A stretch of DNA of 64,000 bases from assembly GCA_045658545.1 (NCBI GenBank), contig JAZOVE010000008.1, positions 16,995 to 80,994 of the forward strand. Direction: 5' to 3'. The translations under genes were made by a program, and so were the position numbers. The notes beneath the pieces are model-generated. The model made no database searches. It was given only the letters and a program-made list of their open reading frames with translations, and was not told the origin of the DNA. Source of the stretch: Elusimicrobiaceae bacterium. GTDB lineage: Bacteria > Elusimicrobiota > Elusimicrobia > Elusimicrobiales > Elusimicrobiaceae. Of this stretch, positions 36,289-45,713 are shown piece by piece. The stretch's first letter is position 1. Each line of letters starts with the position of its first letter.

Positions 36289-39200
36289 ATGCCAAATAAA
36301 GATAGTTTCACGTTTAGTGATAAATTGAGGAAGAGTAAATCTGAACCTCTGTCTAAACGTTTGCCCTCAATAGTGGGTGGCAAGAACACGCAAAAGCGAA
36401 CATTAGTGCAACGTGCGCAACGCGATTTACCGTTCATTTTAGTAGCGGCACTTGCTTTGCTTTTGTTACCGTTTTTAAGCAGAAATGGTAGTGACGATAT
36501 CGCCGGAACAGGTGATATTCAATGGAATTCCGCACTTGAGGATGCACCATCCTTTGCGGAAGGCGGTTATAATGATATTCAACCTTCGGGTGCTATGACA
36601 GACCCGTTGGACCTTATTTTGCGTCCAAGAAGCGCAGTTGAAGCCGTTGGAACCCCGTCAGACCCAACAAAAAGTGCATACGGCAGCAGCGAAAGTAGCA
36701 GTAAATATGGCACTTCCGGCAGAGGTAGAGGATATGGTGGCTCTTACGGTACCGATACTGATAGCAGCGGAAGCAGCAGTTATTCCCGTACTACACAAAC
36801 ATCAAAAAAGACACCCGCTTCAACAGATTATGATACACGCAGCCAATACGATAAAACAGTAACGAAAAAAGTAACAAAACCCTCCGCTACGGGAACTTAC
36901 GGCAAAAGCACAAAACCATCAGTCCGCAAAAGTTTTGAAAGAAAAGCAACTGATATTAACAGGGCATTTCGTCCGTCACAAATGGCAGGCGGTAAAGGTT
37001 CAAGCGGTGTAAGTTATTCTTTACCGATTGGCCAAGGTCCGAACAGATCTTCCGGCGGTGCTTTTAGGGAAGGTATAAGGCCTGTTGCTTTGCAACCTAT
37101 GGAAGCAAGGGGAAATGTCGGCCGTGGTGAAAATTTGTATGCCGAGGCTACACGCTCTATCGGCGCTATGAATGCCGGCGGTCCGGCAAAAGCCAATTTG
37201 CTTGCCGCACAAATGCGCGATGTTGACGGCGGTAAATCTCCCGAAGGCAGCTTTGGCGGTCCGCACAGCGCTACAGGCAGCTCAAAAGCGGGTGCAGGCG
37301 GCGGTGGCCCCGGTAACAAAAATGCTTATAACTTAGGTAAACCGTGGTGGTGGGATATGATGCAAAGCCGCAGCCAAAAGATGTGGGACTTATACTATTA
37401 TAAACCACGTGAAATGTTCTGGACTAACCTTTATAATGTCGGTTTAGGAATTTTCAACTGTCTTTTGACCGGCGACAAAGGCGGTGATGTTTCAGCTTTC
37501 TTCGGAAAGAGCGCTGGAGATCCTGACAGTGAATGTTTATGTGGTACTAAACCTGTAATAGAAAATCGTAGCAAATGGCTAAAAGGAAGCAAAACCACAA
37601 GCAAGAATAAAGACGGTGGTACTGATGAATCTTTTGCTAATGCCGACTGGGAAACTGCATGTGAAAAACGTTTGACAATTAACTGTCCAAACAGGAGTGA
37701 TTGGCATATAAACGTAAAAGAAAAAAGTGATAAAAACCTTTTCCAAACCCGTGCTGAGTGTTTGGGATTAGATGTCTTAATTGACTGGATGAAAGGTTGG
37801 GTCAAAAAAGAGTACACAGCAAATTGCGATGCAGTTACTGTTGATGGTATTAACGGTTATACAGCAGGTGCGAAGAGGAAAGGTCTTTTTCAGAAAGAAG
37901 CTACACCCAATGAACGCCTTAGCGAAAAAGCTGTTATTGCATTAATTGCAAAACCTAAATTTGAAGGTATGACATATGACCTCTATCCACTTCCGACATC
38001 TGATAATACACAAAAAACACAGATGGTACCAAATCCTGGATATTATGACGGCAATGAATATGTAGTTAAAGTTGAACACAGACAACAATTATCAATGAGT
38101 AAAGCAGCTATAGATCAATGGAACAACGAACATCCGAAGTGTAAACTTTCAAAGGTCATCTCTTACATACCTAGTACTTTAAATACCAATGTGGAATTTA
38201 GAGTAAATGAACTTAATGGTAAAGACGATGCTCTTATTGATCTTAGCGATAAAATAAAATACTCAGATGAATATTGCAAAACAGGTACTAATAAGAGAGG
38301 GGCTGTGACTTTCCAAGAATTAAAGAATATTTTGCATCCTAAGAAAAATTCAGTTAATATGTGCCCGATTCCGTCACCGGAAAAATATGTCAAAACAATG
38401 AAATTGAATGGGCTAAACTGTCACAAGGACCCGGCAATACCATATAACATTGATGAAAAGAGTTGGGCTACTGCTACTATAGATGACCCTTCGGGTATGT
38501 ATGTATTTGCTGTAGTAGTAGAGCAATTGACCAGCATGAGTGACCCGATAATACATGACATCAAGAGCTATGGTTTAGTTTCTAAAGCAAATGCTGATAA
38601 AGACGAAGAAGATCTAACTACGGGTTACATATTCAAAGACGATAAATTTACTTTCTACTATGAGAGTAATTTTGCGGTTGAAGGATTTGGTAGTGGATAT
38701 TCAATAACTCCGAATGCTGTCCAGCACTCCTCTAACACAACAAGAGGCGATGGTAAAATATTCTGGATTGTTACATCGAAACCTAATTTAAAGAAAGAAA
38801 TCCAAACAGGGGATGCAGCATTTAAAGGAAAAGCTTTAAGTCAAATCTCTGCTAAAGATTTCGTAGATGACTATGAAAATAGCGGCATCTGCCACTATTT
38901 CTGGTGTGATAAAGAAGATAGATGTGCTACACTTCTATCTCCCAAAGAGCATTGTGTGGACCCTGCTGACAATAACGCTTACATTTCTCACGAAATAGAA
39001 GTGAGCGGTAAGGTTATACGTATCAAGGATGAATATCTCGGTCCCCAAGAAAGTGTTTCTACGGAAGGATTACCAGAATGTCCTAAACTCTGTTACACTC
39101 CAGATGGTAAGGTACATACATGTGATAATGATGGTAAACCTCAAGATAAGGAAATATGTATGTTAAATGAAATTCCGGAGGACTATCGTTCTAAAGTTAA

Positions 39201-40302
39201 ACCATGCCCTGATTGTTGTAAATATAATGGTACCAATTATAAGAGTGTTTTACTTAATGTAACCGGTACACCAAAACACTATATAATTGATGCAACCCCT
39301 CTTGAGAAATGCAACTCCGGAAATACATGTGATGTCGCAGCTTGGAGCCAACAAAGCGAGGATCTTATAGTGTATGATATGTCAACATATGATGAGAAAT
39401 GCCTTAAATTAATACCAACACTTAAAGCCGGTAGTGATGTCGTATTTGCGACAGCTAAAGGCACTGCTAAAGATTGCCCTAAAGTCACATTGCAAACAAT
39501 AGATAACAAGCATTTCAACTTGATTCACGAGCAATCTTATACCATGGATCCAAACAATGTCCCAGGCGACCCGCATTTCTTTGAGTTATTCCCTAAACTT
39601 TCTTTACCGGGAGAAAGGGATATTATAGATGCATGTACCTTTAAATTGACATTTAATTACCAAAATGCATCTATAGAACCGCAAAATCCTGATTATCAGG
39701 AAGCTGCTAAGCTCATAATGGAATGTATTAACAAAATTAATACCCTCAAAGCAACTCAGCCGGAATTAGCGGATAAATATTCAACGCTTTATTTCCACGG
39801 CTTTGCAAGTTTCGGCGGAACTGATTATGAAAATTGCGATCAAAAAGATAGATCAAAATCAGGACAAACAGGCGCTCAATGTAATATGGCTTTAAGTGAA
39901 GATAGAAACTTGTTTGTAATGGATAAAATTGCCGAACTATTGGAAAAACAAGACTTATCTATCGGTAAAGAAGGTGGGAATATTTCCTACAATGGTTTCA
40001 CTAATACTAACTATAATGGTACACCTGCCAAGTTCCCTTATCGTTATCTCGATAGAAATTATAATGCTACCAGCGGCAGAGATATAACGTTTAAGTCAGT
40101 TCCTTACGGTAGTGATGGGGCTACTCCTACTAACAAAAAAATGAGCACAGAACAAATAGAAGACATACACGCCGTTGACAGATTTATATTAATTAATATA
40201 AATCCAACTGCCACAAGAGAAGAAGCGGCTAACGGATATACACCATGTTCTGATTCCGGTGTTTGTTACCCTAGCCCAAGCCGTACACCGTACAAAAAAT
40301 AA
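36289..40302 (+). CDS. Giant (1337 aa) N-terminally membrane-anchored, Cys-rich extracytoplasmic protein of unknown function, with a possible C-terminal OmpA-like domain
   Basis: A strong SD (AAGGAGG) sits 7 nt before the ATG. The layout is:
- A basic N-terminus, then a TM helix (LPFILVAALALLLLPFL).
- About 300 aa of S/G/T/Y-rich low-complexity sequence.
- About 900 aa containing ~40 Cys.
- Residues ~1090-1230 loosely follow the OmpA_C pattern (FKLTFNYQNASI...LYFHGFASFGG...NMALSEDRNLFVMDKI). Confidence 0.65.
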   Translation: MPNKDSFTFSDKLRKSKSEPLSKRLPSIVGGKNTQKRTLVQRAQRDLPFILVAALALLLLPFLSRNGSDDIAGTGDIQWNSALEDAPSFAEGGYNDIQPSGAMTDPLDLILRPRSAVEAVGTPSDPTKSAYGSSESSSKYGTSGRGRGYGGSYGTDTDSSGSSSYSRTTQTSKKTPASTDYDTRSQYDKTVTKKVTKPSATGTYGKSTKPSVRKSFERKATDINRAFRPSQMAGGKGSSGVSYSLPIGQGPNRSSGGAFREGIRPVALQPMEARGNVGRGENLYAEATRSIGAMNAGGPAKANLLAAQMRDVDGGKSPEGSFGGPHSATGSSKAGAGGGGPGNKNAYNLGKPWWWDMMQSRSQKMWDLYYYKPREMFWTNLYNVGLGIFNCLLTGDKGGDVSAFFGKSAGDPDSECLCGTKPVIENRSKWLKGSKTTSKNKDGGTDESFANADWETACEKRLTINCPNRSDWHINVKEKSDKNLFQTRAECLGLDVLIDWMKGWVKKEYTANCDAVTVDGINGYTAGAKRKGLFQKEATPNERLSEKAVIALIAKPKFEGMTYDLYPLPTSDNTQKTQMVPNPGYYDGNEYVVKVEHRQQLSMSKAAIDQWNNEHPKCKLSKVISYIPSTLNTNVEFRVNELNGKDDALIDLSDKIKYSDEYCKTGTNKRGAVTFQELKNILHPKKNSVNMCPIPSPEKYVKTMKLNGLNCHKDPAIPYNIDEKSWATATIDDPSGMYVFAVVVEQLTSMSDPIIHDIKSYGLVSKANADKDEEDLTTGYIFKDDKFTFYYESNFAVEGFGSGYSITPNAVQHSSNTTRGDGKIFWIVTSKPNLKKEIQTGDAAFKGKALSQISAKDFVDDYENSGICHYFWCDKEDRCATLLSPKEHCVDPADNNAYISHEIEVSGKVIRIKDEYLGPQESVSTEGLPECPKLCYTPDGKVHTCDNDGKPQDKEICMLNEIPEDYRSKVKPCPDCCKYNGTNYKSVLLNVTGTPKHYIIDATPLEKCNSGNTCDVAAWSQQSEDLIVYDMSTYDEKCLKLIPTLKAGSDVVFATAKGTAKDCPKVTLQTIDNKHFNLIHEQSYTMDPNNVPGDPHFFELFPKLSLPGERDIIDACTFKLTFNYQNASIEPQNPDYQEAAKLIMECINKINTLKATQPELADKYSTLYFHGFASFGGTDYENCDQKDRSKSGQTGAQCNMALSEDRNLFVMDKIAELLEKQDLSIGKEGGNISYNGFTNTNYNGTPAKFPYRYLDRNYNATSGRDITFKSVPYGSDGATPTNKKMSTEQIEDIHAVDRFILININPTATREEAANGYTPCSDSGVCYPSPSRTPYKK

Positions 40303-40321
40303 AAACAAGTTGTAAACATTT

Positions 40322-40381
40322 CCCCCGCGCGTTAAACAACACAGTTAAACAACACCGCGGGGGATTTTTTTATCGCCCTCA
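40322..40381 (+). terminator. Intrinsic terminator of the 1337-aa gene
   Basis: CCCCCGCG (40322..40329) pairs with CGCGGGGG (40366..40373), followed by ATTTTTTT. The loop contains a GTTAAACAACA direct duplication. Confidence 0.65.
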
Positions 40382-40512
40382 CCCGCGTGGCGGGCGGAAG
40401 GTGGCTTGCGGGGATGTTTCCGCAAGACGAATGGGGGATTTGGCAAACTTTCCTTTCCCTCCTCTTACCTTTTTTTAAAAGTATATGCTATACTATATTT
40501 ATAGGATTTATT

Positions 40513-41151
40513 ATGGCATATATTTTTATGGATGAAAGCGCTTGTTTGGGCTTTGACTTTACTAAACCTAAAACCTCAAAAAATTTCATAGTTACTTTTC
40601 TGTTTATAGAAAATGACAATATTTTGAACAAAATAGTATCTAAAACTTTTAAATCGATACCTGATAAAAAACGTAAAACACATGCCGGTACTTTGCATTG
40701 TAATAAAGAGGATAATAAAACACGCACTAAATTATTCTCATTATTAAAAGATAAAGACATTTCTATAATGGTAATTTCATTAAATAAAAAACGCGTTTAT
40801 ACAGATTTAAAAAATGAAAAAACAATTTTGTACAATTATGTCACAAATATATTATTAGATAGAATCTTTACAAAAAAATTAATTAGCAATAAAAATAAAA
40901 TAAATTTAATAGCATCCCGAAGAGAAACTAATAAATTTTTAAATGTAAATTTCAAAAATTATTTGGAAAATCAAATATCAAATAATCATAAAATTAAAAT
41001 AGAAATTTCTATTAAAACACCTGCTTCAGTTAAAGGTTTGCAAGTAGTTGATTTCGTATCTTGGGCAATATTTCGTAAATATGAACATCAAGACGATCAT
41101 TTTTATAATATGATAAAATCTTTAGTTATAGAGGAGAATCCTTTATTTTAA
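40513..41151 (+). CDS. DUF3800 domain protein
   Basis: Start set at MAYIFMDES (the DUF3800 N-terminal YIDESG-like motif). The family-typical C-terminal block is LQVVDFVSWAIFRKYE. The gene is markedly more AT-rich than its neighbours. Confidence 0.55.
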   Translation: MAYIFMDESACLGFDFTKPKTSKNFIVTFLFIENDNILNKIVSKTFKSIPDKKRKTHAGTLHCNKEDNKTRTKLFSLLKDKDISIMVISLNKKRVYTDLKNEKTILYNYVTNILLDRIFTKKLISNKNKINLIASRRETNKFLNVNFKNYLENQISNNHKIKIEISIKTPASVKGLQVVDFVSWAIFRKYEHQDDHFYNMIKSLVIEENPLF

Positions 41152-41428
41152 GGCAAAAAAAGAAGCGAAGAACCTTAAAAACATTTTAGGTTTTAACCTT
41201 GAGGAACCATTCGGAGCCCCATTTTTAAGGGAATTACCTTCGCTTAATATAGTATAACAATATTATGTCGATTTGTCAATAGCAATTGTTTTATAGCAAA
41301 ATAAAACACAAATTCCCCGACGGAAAATAAATTTTATTTGCACTCACACTAAAATATTTGCTATAATTAATTATCAAGTTAAAGTATTAACTTAAATTTA
41401 GTTCTTTGTTTTTTAAAACTTTTTAAAA

Positions 41429-41512
41429 GGTTGGGTGGCTGAGTGGTCAAAAGCAACGGTCTGTAAAACCGTCGGGCTACGCCCTACATAGGTTCGAATC
41501 CTATCCCAACCA
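41429..41512 (+). tRNA. tRNA-Tyr (GTA anticodon), class II with long variable arm; CCA not encoded
   Basis: Acceptor stem GGTTGGG/CCCAACC. Anticodon stem-loop ACGGT-CTGTAAA-ACCGT. Variable arm GGGCTACGCCC. T-arm TAGGTTCGAATCCTA. Discriminator A. Confidence 0.9.
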
Positions 41513-41623
41513 ATTTTTTTATGTAACAAAGTGCTAATAATAAATTTTTCGCGCTGTGGTCGCGCGAAGTAAAATTGTGATAATAGGACCCGAGTCAAAT
41601 CCTATAAAACACAAAGGTATAAA

Positions 41624-42049
41624 ATGACAAAAACAACACTCCCTTCAGTTAAAGAAGTGGAATCTACAAGAAAATGGCATCACTTTGATGCCGAAGGTAA
41701 AACATTGGGCCGCCTCGCTACACAAATCGTGGTGTGCTTAATGGGTAAAAATAAAAGAACTTTTACCCCGCATATTGACTGCGGCGATTTCGTCGTAGTA
41801 ACTAATGCGGCTAAAATAAAAGTTACCGGAAATAAAGCTATTGAAAAGGTTTATTTCTCACACTCAGGTTACGCAAAAGGCGGTAAAGAGACACCTTTTA
41901 AAGATATGCTCGCCAAGAACCCGACAAGAGTTCTTGAACTTGCCGTCTATCGTATGCTTGATAACAATAAATTGCGCGCAAGAAGGATGAAACGCCTCAG
42001 AATCTTCGCTGAAGCGGAACATGCTTTTGCAGGTAGATTTTCTAAATAG
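41624..42049 (+). CDS. rplM: 50S ribosomal protein L13
   Basis: 141 aa, L13-like throughout (RKWHHFDAEGKTLGRLAT, YRMLDNNKL). Confidence 0.95.
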   Translation: MTKTTLPSVKEVESTRKWHHFDAEGKTLGRLATQIVVCLMGKNKRTFTPHIDCGDFVVVTNAAKIKVTGNKAIEKVYFSHSGYAKGGKETPFKDMLAKNPTRVLELAVYRMLDNNKLRARRMKRLRIFAEAEHAFAGRFSK

Positions 42050-42057
42050 GTGGTAAT

Positions 42058-42453
42058 ATGGCACAAAATAGTGAAATAAAAACAGGTAGAAGGAAAACTT
42101 CCGTAGCGCAAGCAAAAATCACAAAAGGTAAAGGCAATATTTTAGTTAATGCAAAACCTTTAAATGTGTATTTCAGCGCAAATAACCGCTATCAACATAC
42201 TGCAATGTCCCCTTTACTTGAACTTAAAGCGGATAAAACTTTTGATGCCGTCGTTAAAGTTTACGGCGGTGGTATTGCTTCACAGGCAGGCGCTGTGCGC
42301 CACGCTTTAGCACGCGGTTTGGCAGCAATGTCAGAAGAATATCATAAAGTTATGAAACAAGCCGGTTTCTTAACACGCGATCCTCGTATGGTAGAAAGAA
42401 AGAAACCCGGTCAACCAAAAGCAAGAAGACGTTTCCAATTCTCAAAACGTTAA
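42058..42453 (+). CDS. rpsI: 30S ribosomal protein S9
   Basis: 131 aa with GGGIASQAGAVRHALARGL and the C-terminal KARRRFQFSKR. Confidence 0.95.
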   Translation: MAQNSEIKTGRRKTSVAQAKITKGKGNILVNAKPLNVYFSANNRYQHTAMSPLLELKADKTFDAVVKVYGGGIASQAGAVRHALARGLAAMSEEYHKVMKQAGFLTRDPRMVERKKPGQPKARRRFQFSKR

Positions 42454-42480
42454 TCTTGGAACTTGGAAGATATTTAATAA

Positions 42481-42509
42481 GGGCGGTTTTAAGACCGCCC
42501 TTGTTTTTT
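42481..42509 (+). terminator. Intrinsic terminator after rpsI
   Basis: GGGCGGT-tttaag-ACCGCCC followed by TTGTTTTTT. Confidence 0.8.
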
Positions 42510-42548
42510 GTTTAAATTAACAATTAATTTTTGTAATTAAATTAAGAA

Positions 42549-44516
42549 CTACAATTCCGTTCCCTTTAAAATGCGCCAAGAAGCAATATTGTGATAAGCT
42601 TTAACTCTATTATGAATTTGTTGTATTTCTTCGTCGGTCAAATCACTTGCGCTGCTGTTTAATTTCTCGTAAGTATTGGAATTTATTTCGCCGATATAAT
42701 CACTTGTCGCCCAATAATAAGCACCAACTGCCAAATCTTGCCCGTCAAAAATGCTTTTACCTAAAGCAAAATACTCCAAGCCCTTAGGTAAAACTAAATC
42801 TAACACAGTAGCCGCAATATCCTGATGGCTTGCCGTAGTATTTTGCGGCAACATTTCTTGCTTTAAACCTTTTGAGATTATCAAAAGCGGCACTGCTATG
42901 CGCTCTTGCAAAGTCGGGGTTGTAGTCAAGGTCCATCTGTCGGCATGGTCGCCGGTAATTACAATTAAACTATCAGGAAATTTTGCTAAAACGCGTTCCA
43001 CAAAATCTGCCAAATAATGGTCCGCATATTCAAAGTTTTGTAATCTTTGAAGATAAAGTTTTTTATCTGTTTGTTTTTCTAAAAACGGTGCAAAATAATT
43101 TTCCTGATGGACATTTTCTTTGCTCATATCAATTATATACGGCGTGTGATTACTGCTCGTTAAAATCAAATTAAAAGATGGCTCGTCGGTAATTTTAGAT
43201 AAAATACCTTCAAAAAATATTTTATCTTCCACGCCCCAAACATTAGTATCTTTACCGGAGAAAGAAGCAGAATAAAAATTTTCTTCCAAACCTTGATTAG
43301 TCATAAACTTACCGACATTTTCCCACGACGGAAAACCGCCATAAAAGAAATGCGGGGTATACCCTAATTTTTTTAGTTGAACCGAAAGTGCAATCTCATA
43401 AGGTTTCTGCGCGGTTTGGCGGGAAGCTGTTGTTAAATTAACTTCCGGCAAACCCATCAAAACAGAAGTTAAACCAAACATTGTGCCATGACTTGCAGGC
43501 AAAAATTTTGTTAAAAATACATTATCATATTTTTCTTTTAAACGCCTTCCGCCTTCTGCAATAGGTAAATTATTATACTTCTCAAGCAAGGGCCAAAGCA
43601 TATAAGTTTCGCCGACAATTACAAAAATATGGCTTGGTTTTTTAGCTAAAATTCCTTGTGCTTTTTTAGTAAAAAACGGGAGTAAACTATTGGTTTCCGT
43701 CTCTTTACCCGATAATAATGAAATACTTTTTTTAACTTCTTCTGCAGTAATTTTTGCGGAATTTTTCTTCAAGTTTCTATATATTTTTCTGGCTTTATAA
43801 AGGGCTTGTATATCGTCTAAAATTGCCTCATTTAATAAAGGTGTTTGCAAACGCGCGGAGTTTTTCCAATATATAGAGTGTTTAAAGTTAAAACTCCCCC
43901 CAAAACGCATAAATAAAGCAAACGGAAAAAGTAAAATAACAATACTTAAAACTACAATAAATTTTTGTTTTATTTTCAAAAACGGCGCAGCTATAAATGT
44001 ATGCAATTTAAGCCAATATCTTAATGCAAAAATAAAAACACCCGATATAATAATAGCTAAAAGAACACGCCAAATAGCATTATATTGGCTTATAGCCGTC
44101 TTTGTAATTGCGCCGACATCATCGTGAAAAGTATTAAATATAAAAGGGCTAAATGCTACATTAAATTCCTGATAATAAGGAATTCTGCTTTGAAACAATA
44201 ATGACAAAACAAATACACAAAATGCACCATAAAAAAATCTAACTCTATAAGAATTATAACATCTAAATATTTGGCTTAATAAAGTACAAAAAATAAAAGT
44301 CGGGATACAAAGCGCGGATACAGTTTTTAAGCTCAACCTAAAACCGTACCACAATGCCAAATATACTTCGTGGGAAAAGAAACCATCGGTTAAATTCGTC
44401 TTAAAAATATAAATAAACAATATCCTGTAAACGGATATTATTAAAATGAAAAAACCCAAAAGCAAAAGGTCTTGGGCTAAATTATTAATGAATAAATTAT
44501 ATCTGTTTGTTTTCAT
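42549..44516 (-). CDS. LTA synthase / sulfatase-family membrane transferase (phosphoglycerol- or phosphoethanolamine-transferase-like)
   Basis: An N-terminal multi-TM region precedes an extracytoplasmic alkaline-phosphatase-superfamily domain (IFVIVGETY, SHGTMFG, ITGDHADRW). Start set at MKTNRY (44516), because the GTG at 44546 lies inside a perfect 11-bp hairpin. Confidence 0.7.
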   Translation of the reverse strand: MKTNRYNLFINNLAQDLLLLGFFILIISVYRILFIYIFKTNLTDGFFSHEVYLALWYGFRLSLKTVSALCIPTFIFCTLLSQIFRCYNSYRVRFFYGAFCVFVLSLLFQSRIPYYQEFNVAFSPFIFNTFHDDVGAITKTAISQYNAIWRVLLAIIISGVFIFALRYWLKLHTFIAAPFLKIKQKFIVVLSIVILLFPFALFMRFGGSFNFKHSIYWKNSARLQTPLLNEAILDDIQALYKARKIYRNLKKNSAKITAEEVKKSISLLSGKETETNSLLPFFTKKAQGILAKKPSHIFVIVGETYMLWPLLEKYNNLPIAEGGRRLKEKYDNVFLTKFLPASHGTMFGLTSVLMGLPEVNLTTASRQTAQKPYEIALSVQLKKLGYTPHFFYGGFPSWENVGKFMTNQGLEENFYSASFSGKDTNVWGVEDKIFFEGILSKITDEPSFNLILTSSNHTPYIIDMSKENVHQENYFAPFLEKQTDKKLYLQRLQNFEYADHYLADFVERVLAKFPDSLIVITGDHADRWTLTTTPTLQERIAVPLLIISKGLKQEMLPQNTTASHQDIAATVLDLVLPKGLEYFALGKSIFDGQDLAVGAYYWATSDYIGEINSNTYEKLNSSASDLTDEEIQQIHNRVKAYHNIASWRILKGTEL

Positions 44517-44522
44517 AATTTC

Positions 44523-44548
44523 AGGTGTACCCCAAAAGGGGTACACCT
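44523..44548 (-). terminator. Perfect 11-bp palindromic hairpin between the lipoprotein gene and the sulfatase-family gene
   Basis: AGGTGTACCCC-aaaa-GGGGTACACCT. There is no long U-tract after it, so it may be an attenuator or processing site rather than a full terminator. Confidence 0.45.
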
Positions 44549-44554
44549 ATCATT

Positions 44555-44863
44555 TTATTTGCTTAAAGTATCTTTCCAAGCATCTCTTTCGTCTTTTAAT
44601 TGTTTCTTGACTTCGTTGTATTTTTCTTTGGCGGAATCTTTTATTGTATCAACTGCATTTTTACCGCTGTCGCTTGCATCTGTTGCTTGTTGTGTTGTTT
44701 TATAAGCATTTACGGTATCGCGCATTTGGGCGGATTGGTCAATTACGCCTTGCACGGTAATTTTTGAATAATCAATATTGGTTTTTTCAGTCGTTTCTGC
44801 AGTTTGGCAAGCGCAGCAAGTTAAAGCAATAGCCGCACAAGCAATTAATGTTGTTTTTTTCAT
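44555..44863 (-). CDS. Small hypothetical lipoprotein
   Basis: Lipobox (IALTCCAC), followed by 80 aa of charged, helical-looking sequence. Confidence 0.55.
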   Translation of the reverse strand: MKKTTLIACAAIALTCCACQTAETTEKTNIDYSKITVQGVIDQSAQMRDTVNAYKTTQQATDASDSGKNAVDTIKDSAKEKYNEVKKQLKDERDAWKDTLSK

Positions 44864-44911
44864 AAAATAATCTCCTTTAAATTTAATTATAAATATATTT
44901 TAGCAAATTAA

Positions 44912-45370
44912 TTAGGAATCACACCAATTTGTTTCTTGCTTTGTGCCGCCAAAATATCTATATGCCAAATTATTTTTAAGAAGTAAAACGGAAAGGTCTT
45001 TTTCTTTATCAGATATTTGTTTTACTTCACAAAGAAGGCGGAAATATTTATCCCGCTCACAATTTTTTAAAATAATATTACCCTCTGAGAGAAATTCTTT
45101 TGTCAATTTTTTAGCTTTTTTAGCGGCAAGTTTTTCACATTTATTTTTGGTTTTTAATTCGGGCGTATCAATATTTTTTACGCGCACCGATATACTTTCA
45201 CAAAATATCGGAATTTGGCAAGGCAAAGAAACTTTAAAAGTATCACCGTCATAAACGGAAATTATTTTGACATCATAAAAATCTTGCATAGTTTTTGCAA
45301 AAATATTAGTAGTCAAAAATAATAGGCAAATAATTATTAGGGCTTTATTTTTTACAATGAAAACGGCCAT
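44912..45370 (-). CDS. Secreted thermonuclease (staphylococcal nuclease, SNase-like)
   Basis: YDGDTFKV, VRVKNIDTPE, and R/Y residues in SNase order. The signal peptide begins at MAVFIVKNKAL, so the start is set at 45370. Confidence 0.75.
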   Translation of the reverse strand: MAVFIVKNKALIIICLLFLTTNIFAKTMQDFYDVKIISVYDGDTFKVSLPCQIPIFCESISVRVKNIDTPELKTKNKCEKLAAKKAKKLTKEFLSEGNIILKNCERDKYFRLLCEVKQISDKEKDLSVLLLKNNLAYRYFGGTKQETNWCDS

Positions 45371-45713
45371 AATTATCTTATGAACGCAAAAACCCATAAA
45401 ATAAAAATAGCCGTAACTCTCTAAAGAGAGTGTTTGGTATAAAGCAAAGGGTTTATAAAGTCCTTTATTTTATACCTAATCAGCTATTTTGGGGTTTTGC
45501 GTTGCCCTTACGAATAGTTTACGTAAAGACGGTTTCTTTTTAAAAAAAGAATCCCAAAAATAGAATAAAAATGTACGAAACAACCGTACACTATAATTAT
45601 AGCAAAATTAAGACCGCAGCGTAGATAAAAATTTTGCACCAAGCAAAAAACATAATGCGGGAATAAAACACATAAAATAATACTTCTACCTCTAAAAATG
45701 ATAAAATATACTT

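Noticed and set aside
35687-41512. The idea that the giant gene plus the DUF3800 gene form a tRNA-Tyr-integrated genomic island
   Set aside because: I found no integrase and no direct repeat of the tRNA 3' end. The block also lies on the 5' side of the tRNA rather than the usual 3' side. Only the DUF3800 gene shows a clear compositional anomaly, so I report that alone.
41413-41598. 61-aa ORF on the minus strand
   Set aside because: It overlaps the tRNA-Tyr gene, so it is an artefact.
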